The position numbers were made by a program, and so were the translations under genes. From Nitrospirota bacterium (GTDB lineage: Bacteria > Nitrospirota > UBA9217), in the NCBI GenBank assembly GCA_963845065.1, contig CAWJQQ010000009.1, forward strand, positions 1-64,000: DNA of 64,000 nucleotides. Reading direction: 5' to 3'. The notes below the pieces were generated by a model. It was not told where the DNA came from. It was given only the letters and a program-made list of their open reading frames with translations, and did not search any database. Shown one piece after another: positions 20,263 through 30,129 of this stretch. The first letter of the stretch is position 1; the number at the start of each line of letters is the position of its first letter.

Positions 20263-22182
20263 ATGTGCGGCATCTGCGGTAAGACATATTTAAAGGGGGA
20301 CCGAAAGGTCGATCCTGCGCTTATTGAAAGAATGAGCTCAGTAATGAGTCACAGAGGGCCCGATGACCAAGGCATCTATATATCACGGAAAACTGGATTG
20401 GGACACAGACGGTTGTCCATCATTGACCTGCAGACCGGCAAACAGCCACTCTCGAACGAACGAGAGAATATCTGGGTCGTATTCAATGGAGAGATCTATA
20501 ATTACCAGGAGCTACGAAAGGAACTCATAGAGAAGGGGCATACCTTCAAGACCCGTACAGACACGGAAGTGATCGTCCATCTATATGAAGAGCTCGGAGA
20601 AGGCTTCGTAACCAAGCTGCAAGGCATGTTCGCCATAGCGCTCTGGGACGAGACTAAAGAGGCCTTGCTTCTTGCCCGGGACAGGGTAGGCATCAAGCCT
20701 GTTTATTATTATCTTACGGACGAAAGCATAACATTCGGGTCTGAAATAAAGGCGATTCTCGCTGATACAAGTGTTCCGAGAACGGTCGACTATGAAGGGA
20801 TCAATCTTCTTCTCAGCTATTACTATATCCCAGGCGATACGACACTCCTTCGGGGGATCAAGAAACTGCTTCCTGGCCATTATCTCCTGGTCAAAAATGG
20901 CAAATGTATCGATAAGGAATACTGGGATCTTTTATTCTCAAAAAAAAGAAATCAGCTGACACTGAACGATGCTAAGCACGAACTCGTAGAGGTAATACGG
21001 AAATCAGTTCGTGACCACATGATCAGTGACGTGCCTGTCGGCGTTCTCCTGAGTGGCGGGGTTGATTCTACAGCACTGCTAAGCTTTGCAGTAGAGGAAA
21101 CGGACAAGGACATAAGTACGTTTACGATCGGTTTCGAAAACGAGCAATTTGTCGATGAGAGGAAATATGCGGAGATAGCAGCAAAAAAATTCGGTACCCG
21201 ACACTATGACATGACCATTAATGCCAGCGAGTTCGCAGAGTTCCTTCCCCGTTACGTATGGTACATGGAAGAGCCAGTATGCGAACCGCCCGCTATTGCA
21301 CTTTATTACGTATCCCAGCTCGCAAAAAAACATGTCAAGGTTCTTTTGTCAGGAGAAGGAGGGGATGAGGCTTTTGCCGGCTATCCAGACTATCGAAATC
21401 TTGTTTGGTTGGAACGGCTCAAGAAGCTGGCTGGACCTCTGAGCCCGATATTTGGACAAGCTGTTTCTCTGCTTACCAATAACAAACCGTTGAGGCGATT
21501 CAACAAGTATGGCCATCTCATTGGGATGAATTTCGACAATTATTATTACAGCAGATCGTCGAACCCGCTAGCTTTCATGAATAAGAGTGCAGAACAATTT
21601 TTCACGCCTGAGTTTCATGACGTCATGGGGAGGGGAAAAGCGCATAGTTTTCGAGACCTTTTGTTACGGAATATCAACGATCAAGAGTTGTTGGACAAAA
21701 TGCTTTATATCGATACTAAAACTTGGTTGGTGGATGATCTGCTGTTGAAGGCTGATAAGATCACTATGGCGAATTCGGTAGAGCTTCGAGTGCCTCTCCT
21801 GGATCATGTGGTCTTGGAGTATGCAGCATCACTTCCATCTGATTTCAAACTTAAAAAATTTACGACAAAGTATATATTGAAGAAGGCATTCGAAGGACGG
21901 GTCCCTGATGAGATCCTGAACCGAAAAAAAACGGGTTTTCCTGTGCCCTATGCTCGTTGGATGTCGAACGAATTGAACGAATACATTCACAATGTACTAC
22001 TTGATGAGAAAACCGTGAGCAGGGGGTACTTCCAAAGAGGAACCGTCTCCCGAATGCTTGATGCAAATTGTCGAAATTCCATCTACTCAAAAGAAATCTT
22101 TTTACTGGTAGTCCTGGAGCTATGGCATCGATGCTTTGTTGATTACCATGAATCTGAATTGATGGATAATAAAATACAATAA
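20263..22182 (+). CDS. asnB: Asparagine synthase-like glutamine amidotransferase (EPS-associated)
   Basis: MCGICG, HRGPD, RLSIID, NGEIYN, LSGGVDS, SGEGGDE. Confidence 0.93.
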   Translation: MCGICGKTYLKGDRKVDPALIERMSSVMSHRGPDDQGIYISRKTGLGHRRLSIIDLQTGKQPLSNERENIWVVFNGEIYNYQELRKELIEKGHTFKTRTDTEVIVHLYEELGEGFVTKLQGMFAIALWDETKEALLLARDRVGIKPVYYYLTDESITFGSEIKAILADTSVPRTVDYEGINLLLSYYYIPGDTTLLRGIKKLLPGHYLLVKNGKCIDKEYWDLLFSKKRNQLTLNDAKHELVEVIRKSVRDHMISDVPVGVLLSGGVDSTALLSFAVEETDKDISTFTIGFENEQFVDERKYAEIAAKKFGTRHYDMTINASEFAEFLPRYVWYMEEPVCEPPAIALYYVSQLAKKHVKVLLSGEGGDEAFAGYPDYRNLVWLERLKKLAGPLSPIFGQAVSLLTNNKPLRRFNKYGHLIGMNFDNYYYSRSSNPLAFMNKSAEQFFTPEFHDVMGRGKAHSFRDLLLRNINDQELLDKMLYIDTKTWLVDDLLLKADKITMANSVELRVPLLDHVVLEYAASLPSDFKLKKFTTKYILKKAFEGRVPDEILNRKKTGFPVPYARWMSNELNEYIHNVLLDEKTVSRGYFQRGTVSRMLDANCRNSIYSKEIFLLVVLELWHRCFVDYHESELMDNKIQ

Positions 22183-22197
22183 CGGACTGATGAACTG

Positions 22198-23583
22198 ATG
22201 GAACAGTACGAACCAACCATAACACCAATCAGCCTTGCCCTCGCAGTTTGTCTCGGGGTGCTCTTGCTGATACTACCACGACGATACGCATTATTGCCGT
22301 TGATGATAAGCGGTTGCTATGTGACGCTTGGGCAAGTATTAATGGTAGGGCCGCTACACTTTACCATATTCAGGATATTGATATTTTTTGGGTGGGTCAG
22401 GATAATTCTGAGACGCGAAATTACTGGGATTAGGCTAAATACGATTGACAAGATACTGATAACTTGGGTTGTAACGAGCTCACTTCTGTATATCATCCTC
22501 AGAGGATGGTCTTCCGAGGCTCTTATCGATCGTCTTGGTACATCTTATAACACTATTGGGATTTACTTTCTGATTCGGGCATTGGTATGGAATCTTGATG
22601 ATATTATCCAGGCTGTAAAATTGCTTAGCCTCATTATCATCCCGCTTGCAGTTTTTTTTATAGTGGAAATGAAGACTGGAAGGAATTTTTTCTCTGTCTT
22701 TGGTGGTGTTCCAGAATTAACAGGTATTCGTGATGGACGGCTTCGGTGTCAAGGACCATTCAGACATCCCATCCTGTCAGGAACATTCGGAGCTACCGCA
22801 ATGCCTCTTTTTGTGGGATTATGGGCGTACAGTACTCAGTACCGCCGTTTGGCAGCAGGTGCAATCGTGGCAGCCACAATCATTGTCATGGCATCAGCAT
22901 CAAGCGGACCTTTACTAGCTTATCTTATTGCAGTGGTAGGATTCCTCTTCTGGACTTTTCGGGACAGGATGAGGTTCTTCCGATGGGGACTTGTGTTGTT
23001 GTTGGTTGCACTGCACATTGTTATGAAGGCGCCGGTATGGTTCTTAATAGCACGCATAGGCGACTTAATAGGTGGAGGCGGGTGGCACCGTGCAGCGCTC
23101 ATCGATGCAGCCATTCGGCATTTCAACGAGTGGTGGTTAATGGGCACGACCTATACTGCCAACTGGATGGCTACTGGTCTTGCTATTGACCCTAATAGTT
23201 CAGACATAACAAACCAGTTTATCAGTGAAGGGGTCAATGGGGGCCTCATTTCCATGTGTTTGTTCATTTGGCTGGTCGTCAAGTGCTTCAAGATTACAGG
23301 CGAGACTGCACGTAACGAAGAAGCTTTGTCACGTTCCGAACAATTTATGATCTGGTCTCTGGGATGTACACTGCTCGCCCATGTTGCATCTTTCTTTTCA
23401 GTCAGTTACTTCGATCAAATCATTATTTTTTGGTACTTGCTAATAGCTATGAGCGCGACGCTCTTGGAACTGAGCCCTTCCCTATCGGCAATTTATTTGG
23501 AAGAAGAGGCAGGATCTTTAATCGAAATAGTGCCTTCCTCTATGAAGCATCTTGACAGTTTTGACGCGCAGAGAGATACTTGA
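22198..23583 (+). CDS. O-antigen ligase/Wzy polymerase-like membrane protein
   Basis: About 12 hydrophobic segments, RCQGPFRHPI periplasmic motif; EPS context. Confidence 0.7.
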   Translation: MEQYEPTITPISLALAVCLGVLLLILPRRYALLPLMISGCYVTLGQVLMVGPLHFTIFRILIFFGWVRIILRREITGIRLNTIDKILITWVVTSSLLYIILRGWSSEALIDRLGTSYNTIGIYFLIRALVWNLDDIIQAVKLLSLIIIPLAVFFIVEMKTGRNFFSVFGGVPELTGIRDGRLRCQGPFRHPILSGTFGATAMPLFVGLWAYSTQYRRLAAGAIVAATIIVMASASSGPLLAYLIAVVGFLFWTFRDRMRFFRWGLVLLLVALHIVMKAPVWFLIARIGDLIGGGGWHRAALIDAAIRHFNEWWLMGTTYTANWMATGLAIDPNSSDITNQFISEGVNGGLISMCLFIWLVVKCFKITGETARNEEALSRSEQFMIWSLGCTLLAHVASFFSVSYFDQIIIFWYLLIAMSATLLELSPSLSAIYLEEEAGSLIEIVPSSMKHLDSFDAQRDT

Positions 23584-23696
23584 TTTTTCCTCGGATCGAT
23601 GCTTAATTTCGCAAAAAAAGCTACTATCTATCCTACATTCCGCTGGTTGCTGACTGTAGTTTTTGAATTATTTTCCTTCCCAATTTCAAACATGTT

Positions 23697-25370
23697 TTAC
23701 AGGTACACCGAAGTAGGCACCCCCAATAGTTTGAGCACTTTATTTTGCGTGCTGTTTAATTCAGCAGGAAATAAGTGCACATATTCACCTTGCACAACTT
23801 CATATCTCTCGACGCTCTTAAACAGCCTCACGATATCAAAAGTCGTAGGATATTTGCAAGGTTTCCCTTCCGGATAAAGTGGGAGAGAAACAATGGCACT
23901 ACGTTTCATCGCAAGTCTTAAATGACGCTCAAGAAGAGTGGCAACCATAAGAGCCATGACATTCATATGGAGATATGCAATCACTCGTTCAGACTTTTTG
24001 AGAAATGCCGGTGCAATTTCCTGGTAGGTTTTCAATTGCGAATGTCGTTTTTCCAAAAATGGCTGATACTTGTAGATCTCAAGAATTTCTTTTGGAGTAT
24101 GCTCCTTCAAGTTCGTGATCAAGGGAAATACTCCATCAGTCAATGATTCTTCTCGTATGCGATCATTGTTCAATTGAAAAGAGAGGGTGAAATATTCCTG
24201 TTCAATGGATGATCCGACATCGGAGGTACCTGGTCGCCCCGCTTTTCTATGGTGGATTATATTTTGGATTTCCCGGTGAATCTCATACACGATTAAATCG
24301 GAGCACTTATGCTGTTTGAGAATTGCCGTTATTCTTTCCTCGATATTTTTGTGGGTCTTAAGAGTATATTTGTTGAGACGTGTTTGTACCTCCCTGAGCA
24401 TCGTAACTGTTTTATCAATATTCCTTTGCCTTGTCTCCGCGTCTTGCGCCGCCTTTTGCGTGCTGCGAATCCACAGTAAACGATATCCTTTTGACGTGTG
24501 GTACTGCCCTGCAGCCAAATAATAGTGATCACGTGTTGACTCGGGCTTTCGATTATTCGGCCTGGTTAATAGGTGTGCCCACTCAACCCCGCCCTTGCGC
24601 ACACGCTCACGAAACGCCTTGTCCTCTTTCCAAGATCTCGGCATAACACTGACAAAGAGCCCCTCGCACGCGGTAATCTTGCGCAGGTTGTCCTCGGTGG
24701 CCAGCTTGCAATCGGCCACGTAAATAAAATCAGACCGCTTAAGCAGATTTCGCAACCGGGCATGGTTTGCTGGATGAAGGCGATCGTCGGTCTGATTGCC
24801 GTCATAAATCTCATGGACGAGAGGCACAGCGCCATCGGAAGTAACCGACATACCCAATACCAGCTGCTTCAGATCGGGCCGATGGTCCTTGTTCACGCCA
24901 TGGGTCATCAGTTGTTGGGCGGACCATCCGGCATACTTGCCCGAAAAGGTGATAGTTGTCGTATCTTGATGGATCTGACGGCAATCGAGATCAAACAGTT
25001 TAATTGCCCTGAGCGCCAGATGAAAGAATATATCTTTGTGCCGACCGGAATAAAGGCTGTCAAGCGCCTTGCCGGCGCGATCGTCGTTTATCAAGAAAGT
25101 TTCACCTGATTGTAAACCAATTGTCCCCTCATCCAATGGTCTGATCCATTCCTCAAGCTCGTACATTGGCAGCGGTGATGTCAAACAATTGTGAATCATG
25201 ACGCAGATAGTCTTTTCCACACTCAACTTCATCCGCTTGTCTTGTTTGACATATGATCCGATAATCTCATCCATTTTCAGCTTATCCATAAAAAACTGAA
25301 TGATCGGGTGAGCCCCTATCAGAGACTTTTTATGAGTAACATCTTTTCTTAACCCTTGCTGAATTATCAT
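23697..25370 (-). CDS. IS1634-family DDE transposase
   Basis: HQDTTT, GVNKDHRPDLKQ, YVADCKL, YKYQPFLE. Confidence 0.92.
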   Translation of the reverse strand: MIIQQGLRKDVTHKKSLIGAHPIIQFFMDKLKMDEIIGSYVKQDKRMKLSVEKTICVMIHNCLTSPLPMYELEEWIRPLDEGTIGLQSGETFLINDDRAGKALDSLYSGRHKDIFFHLALRAIKLFDLDCRQIHQDTTTITFSGKYAGWSAQQLMTHGVNKDHRPDLKQLVLGMSVTSDGAVPLVHEIYDGNQTDDRLHPANHARLRNLLKRSDFIYVADCKLATEDNLRKITACEGLFVSVMPRSWKEDKAFRERVRKGGVEWAHLLTRPNNRKPESTRDHYYLAAGQYHTSKGYRLLWIRSTQKAAQDAETRQRNIDKTVTMLREVQTRLNKYTLKTHKNIEERITAILKQHKCSDLIVYEIHREIQNIIHHRKAGRPGTSDVGSSIEQEYFTLSFQLNNDRIREESLTDGVFPLITNLKEHTPKEILEIYKYQPFLEKRHSQLKTYQEIAPAFLKKSERVIAYLHMNVMALMVATLLERHLRLAMKRSAIVSLPLYPEGKPCKYPTTFDIVRLFKSVERYEVVQGEYVHLFPAELNSTQNKVLKLLGVPTSVYL

Positions 25371-25423
25371 ATTGACAATAGCCTGTAGCTTATGTTAATT
25401 TATTATATATATTAACATTAGCT

Positions 25424-25798
25424 ATGTCAATTAAAATAATAAATAAAAGTAGAGTTACAATATACGCAGCGGAAAAAGAACGTAACCGTCTCATCAAAAT
25501 CCTGCTGAGTGATGCCAAGCTTATTGTGGGAAGCCTAAGAGATTCGCTGGTTCGATGTGGTCACGAGGGATGTCATTGTGCCAAGAAGCCTATTCATCCA
25601 GTCACAAGACTTTCTCGCCTGGAGAACGGGAAATTGAAAAATCAGGTAGTTCGAGTTGCAGATCGCGTGATGGTGCGAAAACTGTCCGAAAATTACAGGG
25701 AACATAAAAAAGCTATTAGTGATCTTGCCAAACTAAATGGTGAGGAAATAAAGTTGCTAAAATCAGTGCTAAAATTAAAAAACGTTAAATATGAGTAA
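25424..25798 (+). CDS. Small basic protein with a Cys/His motif (DUF6788-like), passenger of the IS1634
   Basis: GSL....RCGHEGCHCAKKPIH; lies inside the IRs, divergent from the transposase. Confidence 0.7.
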   Translation: MSIKIINKSRVTIYAAEKERNRLIKILLSDAKLIVGSLRDSLVRCGHEGCHCAKKPIHPVTRLSRLENGKLKNQVVRVADRVMVRKLSENYREHKKAISDLAKLNGEEIKLLKSVLKLKNVKYE

Positions 25799-25823
25799 TT
25801 GGACGATCCGTAAGGAATAAGTA

Positions 25824-27629
25824 CCTTAATCTTGCACGAAAACGTAGTTCTCCCGACTCGTCGGCGTGCTTTTGACTTCCGCACTCTCCACGGGCCCACG
25901 ATAGCCATCATTTTGCCTTATCAACAACATTTTTTCATCACATAAAGCTGAGAAGACTCAAACTCATGTTTCTCACACTTTAACGTGCAAGAAATTTCTT
26001 GCACAAGTCTATCAAGGAGAGCGTGATACGGTCTTGAGCTTCAAACCTTCCATATGCCGACACTGCCAGAGACTGCCGTCAAGCCACGGTCGATCCCGTC
26101 TGCGAATCTGGTCAAGATGCGCCATGTATTGGAAAAGACCGTCAGCCCGGCTGTCGTGTTCGGAGTATTTCACCTTGGTTGTATTGCCAGTGCATACCAG
26201 CTTCGCCGCGATCATAAGCAGTTTCAAGCGTGCGATGCGAATCGTGTTGTCCTGAATGCCGCATAAACCGAGAGCCGACTGCTTCTCGTCCTCGTTTCTC
26301 TGTTTCGCTTCACCATGCTCCGCGACCATCTTGAATGACCGCCAAAGATTGTACGCGAGGAGAACGATCTGAAAATAAGCGTAGTTGCTCAGGAACCGTT
26401 GAGAGGGAATGGCCGACAATCCTTCCCGCTTCACCTCACCGATCTGGTTCTCACAGTCCGCGCGCTTATCATACTCATCGATTGCCTGATGAGGTTTGCC
26501 CGGATAGTTAGTGACGAATTCCCGGTGCACGTAGCCGCCGTCTTGCAAAAGCTCTATCTGGGTGTCAGCCTTGTCCGATTTCTTCCCTGGAATGCGCATG
26601 GAAACAAAACGGCACGCTTCCGGCCACCCCATAGGTTTGTACCAGCAGTCGTTGTATTCTTCGCTATCATTCTGGCGCGCCTTGTACCACGTTTTGGAAT
26701 CAAAGGGCGGCTTGCAACCCTTGTTGCCGAAGATGTACAGATACCCTTCATCCGCAGCGGCCTTTACCGAGTCCCAACTGATGAACTCGCCGTCACCCCG
26801 AAGAATAACCTTCTTGACGCAGGCGGGAATATATTTTTTGAGACTCCGGATCACCTCCGCAATCTCTTTTCCAGACATGGTCGCGCCCCTTCGGAGCTTT
26901 CCAGCCAGATATTCCCGGGTTTCCTCGATCAGACAGAGCACGGGCCGGTATGCCTTTTTGCCCCGATACTTCGTGTTGTGTCCTTTGCGGCCGCCCTCCT
27001 GATCGCCGAAGATGGTTTCGACCGTAGTATCCATGTTTACGTGGATCGTGGAGTATTTAAGTTCGCACAACTGCCACACTCGCTCACGGAGTGCCGCCAT
27101 GACCAGAAGCAACGATTTCCCCTGATTAAGGCCGAGTGATTTCACGTAGCGCCAATAGGTCGTGGCATGCGGAAGCTGCTCGACTCCGAACATCGCGCAG
27201 ACCAGGGGATCGGTACGAATATACAGAATATGCCACAGCCGTGAAAATCCGATGAAGAGCAAGACCAATATCCCGCATACCGTTTGATAGTGCCCTTGTG
27301 CCGGTGTGCGTCCGGGCGGCTGATAGAAACCCTCGAAGAGCTCCTGGAACTTCACTGCATCTAGAAACTTCGTGAGCGCCAGAAGCCCGCCGAATGGGCT
27401 GAGACGTTCGCTGCAATACTCATAGCTCGTATAGGGGCTGATTTTAGCCGCCTTCTCCTGGCCTTGATTCTGACCTTGATTTACGGCCCTTTTTACGTTA
27501 TCCTTCTTTTGTCGCTTAACCATATGGGTTACCTCCTGTCACAATGGGTTGTTCGCGAGATAACCGCATTATATCAGTGTAACCCGTATGGTTTTATCTT
27601 TTATTCATAAGCATCATGCAAGATTCAGG
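25824..27629 (-). mobile_element. IS1380-family element
   Basis: IR CCT(T/G)AATCTTGCA(C/T)GA; 5-bp target duplication AAGTA at 25819-25823 and 27630-27634. Confidence 0.9.
26012..27523 (-). CDS. IS1380-family transposase
   Basis: SPFGGL, MDTTV, YRP, LRGDGEF, YDKRADCENQIGE. Confidence 0.9.
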   Translation of the reverse strand: MVKRQKKDNVKRAVNQGQNQGQEKAAKISPYTSYEYCSERLSPFGGLLALTKFLDAVKFQELFEGFYQPPGRTPAQGHYQTVCGILVLLFIGFSRLWHILYIRTDPLVCAMFGVEQLPHATTYWRYVKSLGLNQGKSLLLVMAALRERVWQLCELKYSTIHVNMDTTVETIFGDQEGGRKGHNTKYRGKKAYRPVLCLIEETREYLAGKLRRGATMSGKEIAEVIRSLKKYIPACVKKVILRGDGEFISWDSVKAAADEGYLYIFGNKGCKPPFDSKTWYKARQNDSEEYNDCWYKPMGWPEACRFVSMRIPGKKSDKADTQIELLQDGGYVHREFVTNYPGKPHQAIDEYDKRADCENQIGEVKREGLSAIPSQRFLSNYAYFQIVLLAYNLWRSFKMVAEHGEAKQRNEDEKQSALGLCGIQDNTIRIARLKLLMIAAKLVCTGNTTKVKYSEHDSRADGLFQYMAHLDQIRRRDRPWLDGSLWQCRHMEGLKLKTVSRSP

Positions 27630-27732
27630 AAGTAACTCATTGAAACATAGTGCATATTAATTCAGAATTGCATACCTCGTACTAGCGGAATGTAGGATCT
27701 ATAGTTCGAGAATGACTGATTAATAAAAAGCA

Positions 27733-28917
27733 ATGAATGAAGGCCATAAAAAGATTAGAGTATTATACAGCTTCCCGCATAAAATAGGCGCTGAGAGAAT
27801 CTGCTACACAGCCTTTCAGCAGGTAAATGGACTCGCAGCCGCTGGAGCGGACATATTGGTTTTCCCTGGCGTCCTTCATAAACAGCTGCCTTCAAATGTG
27901 CAAGTTCGCCCGACTCTTGCCTGGGGAAAGGTGCGTATCTCGTACAAATTACTTGGCACTATGCGCGCGTGCGCTCTGCATGACTATATTGTTTCGCGAA
28001 GAGTAGAAAAACTCGCTGATAAGATAGATATTATCCATACTTGGTCGCTGGGTGCGCTGCAAACTCTTAAGACTGCAGCAAGACTGGGAATTCCTACAGT
28101 TTTAGAAAGACCTAATGCACATACCCGTTTCGCATATGAAGTTGTGCAAAAAGAATGTGACCGTCTTGGTGTGACGCTGCCTCCTAATCATGAACATGCG
28201 TATAACGAAGATGTTCTTCGCAAAGAGGAAGAGGAATATAATTTAGCGTATCGGCTTCTTTGTCCGTCTGATTTTGTCGTTCGAACTTTTCTTGACCAGG
28301 GGTTTGAGAGGGAGAAGCTTGTGCGTCATATTTATGGATTCGATGAAAAACGGTTTTATTTCGATAGCAAGCCGAGGGATACCAAGCATGGACTGACAAT
28401 GTTGTTTGTTGGTGTCTGCGCAGTAAGAAAGGGTTTGCATTATGCTTTGGAAGCTTGGCTTCGATCACCAGCCTCTCAGGATGGCAGTTTTTTTATTGCG
28501 GGCGAATTTTTGCCAGCTTACGCAGAAAAGCTCGCTCCCATGCTTGCACACTCGAGCGTCAAGGTTTTAGGGCATCGCAATGACGTACCGGAACTAATGC
28601 GAAAGAGCGATATTCTTGTTCTTCCGAGCATTGAGGAAGGATTTGGTCTGGTATGTACCGAAGCTATGGGCAGCGGATGTGTTCCACTCGTTTCGGATGC
28701 ATGTACAGACGTGTGCAAACATATGGAAAATGCGCTGGTACATCATGTCGGGGATATTGATGCGCTTACTGATCACATAACAATGCTCTATCGAGATCGT
28801 ATGCTTTTAGATAAACTTCGCGTTAGAGGATTGAACACAGCACCGGAAGTTACGTGGAACGCTGCAGGAGTAAAACTGCTGCAAGTATATAGCGAAGTAA
28901 TAGCATCTAAATCGTAA
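27733..28917 (+). CDS. Glycosyltransferase family 4
   Basis: FVG...RKG, LPSIEEGFGLVCTEAMGSG. Confidence 0.92.
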   Translation: MNEGHKKIRVLYSFPHKIGAERICYTAFQQVNGLAAAGADILVFPGVLHKQLPSNVQVRPTLAWGKVRISYKLLGTMRACALHDYIVSRRVEKLADKIDIIHTWSLGALQTLKTAARLGIPTVLERPNAHTRFAYEVVQKECDRLGVTLPPNHEHAYNEDVLRKEEEEYNLAYRLLCPSDFVVRTFLDQGFEREKLVRHIYGFDEKRFYFDSKPRDTKHGLTMLFVGVCAVRKGLHYALEAWLRSPASQDGSFFIAGEFLPAYAEKLAPMLAHSSVKVLGHRNDVPELMRKSDILVLPSIEEGFGLVCTEAMGSGCVPLVSDACTDVCKHMENALVHHVGDIDALTDHITMLYRDRMLLDKLRVRGLNTAPEVTWNAAGVKLLQVYSEVIASKS

Positions 28918-28925
28918 CGAAAATA

Positions 28926-28960
28926 TGACCTTCATCCGCATGTCTTGATACGGGGATGAA
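28926..28960. repeat. IS200/IS605-end-like hairpin
   Basis: TTCATCC...GGATGAA stem; reverse complement ends AGACATGCGGATGAAGGTCA, like the tnpB right end at 48870-48887. Confidence 0.45.
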
Positions 28961-29311
28961 TGGCGGGTTTTGGGGGGGGGCTGGAGCCACCCTGATGCTC
29001 GGAGGCCATCGGCAAAGCCGTGGTCTGGAAGGTATTTTTTCGCTGTACTAAATATGCCTCGCATCTTACAAGTGGTCTGATAATTACGTTTATTTTGATT
29101 TCTTAGCATCGCATCTATTTGAATTTATATTAGTCAAATTGTCAAAATCTGAATTGTCGGAGAGTCTGATTAATGTGGGGTTCTTAACTAATATTCTAGA
29201 AATAGCCTAAAACGAAGCCAAAACATACAAGGCATGAGATCTATTTATATAACATTGTGTATAGAGCAAAGTCCAACAAGCAGCTCAGACAGACAAAGGT
29301 GTCGATGAACG

Positions 29312-29956
29312 ATGGAAAATAAATTTTTCATAGATAGTAGGTCCAGTTATTATAACATGTTAAAAAAAGAATTTTTACCGTTGATTCCAGAAGGTCCGAA
29401 TGTCGTACTAGATATAGGGTGCGGAGCAGGGCGGTTAGGACGAGTACTACGTGAAATGAATAAAGCTATCGAAATGGTGGGAGTAGAAATCTACGAACCA
29501 GCTGCTGAAGAGGCCGATAAAAATTACAATAAGGTGCATCGCGGAAATATCGAGTCTCTGAATCTGCCTTATGTAGAACACTTTGATTATGTTATCTGCG
29601 GAGATATTTTAGAGCATCTGATAGATCCATGGGCTATGCTTAACAAAATAAATAGTATGCTAAAAAAAGGTGGCGCATTGATATGTTGTATCCCGAATAT
29701 TCGATATTGGCAGATAATTACAGATTTGCTGATGGGAGGCAAATGGGAGTATGCTGATGCTGGTATACTTGATGCCACCCATCTCCGTTTTTTTACTAAA
29801 AGGTCATTTATTAAGATGCTAGATGAAGCAAATTATAGAGTTACCTGGCTCCATATGTCAATAAGCGGAAAGAAAATGATTGCAAATAAAGTTACTTTTG
29901 GTGTTTTTAGTGAATTTTTAGCACCACAGATAATGATCTCAGCAAGGAAGGATTGA
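29312..29956 (+). CDS. Class I SAM methyltransferase
   Basis: VLDIGCGAG, DILEHL, IPN, DATHLRFF. Confidence 0.9.
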   Translation: MENKFFIDSRSSYYNMLKKEFLPLIPEGPNVVLDIGCGAGRLGRVLREMNKAIEMVGVEIYEPAAEEADKNYNKVHRGNIESLNLPYVEHFDYVICGDILEHLIDPWAMLNKINSMLKKGGALICCIPNIRYWQIITDLLMGGKWEYADAGILDATHLRFFTKRSFIKMLDEANYRVTWLHMSISGKKMIANKVTFGVFSEFLAPQIMISARKD

Positions 29957-30129
29957 GATTTTTTTAAGATAGGATAGCATCATATGCCCAATGCTATCAA
30001 GGATTTGTACTTGGAATCACATAAAATGAGTCTAATACATGTTATATTTTTTTGATGCCAATCTATAATTAACGATAAATTAACCAAACATCAGAAGAGA
30101 AAAATGGGATGAGTTAAAGGAGATATAAA

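Larger units (their letters stand above)
23632..27696 (-). mobile_element. IS1634-family element with a passenger gene and a nested IS1380
   Basis: Terminal IR CCTACATTCCGCT(G/A)GT at both ends; 6-bp target duplication ATCTAT at 23626-23631 and 27697-27702. Confidence 0.9.

Noticed and set aside
28972..28980. G9 tract as a phase-variation switch
   Set aside because: Intergenic, more than 300 bp from the next start, and not within a recognisable promoter.
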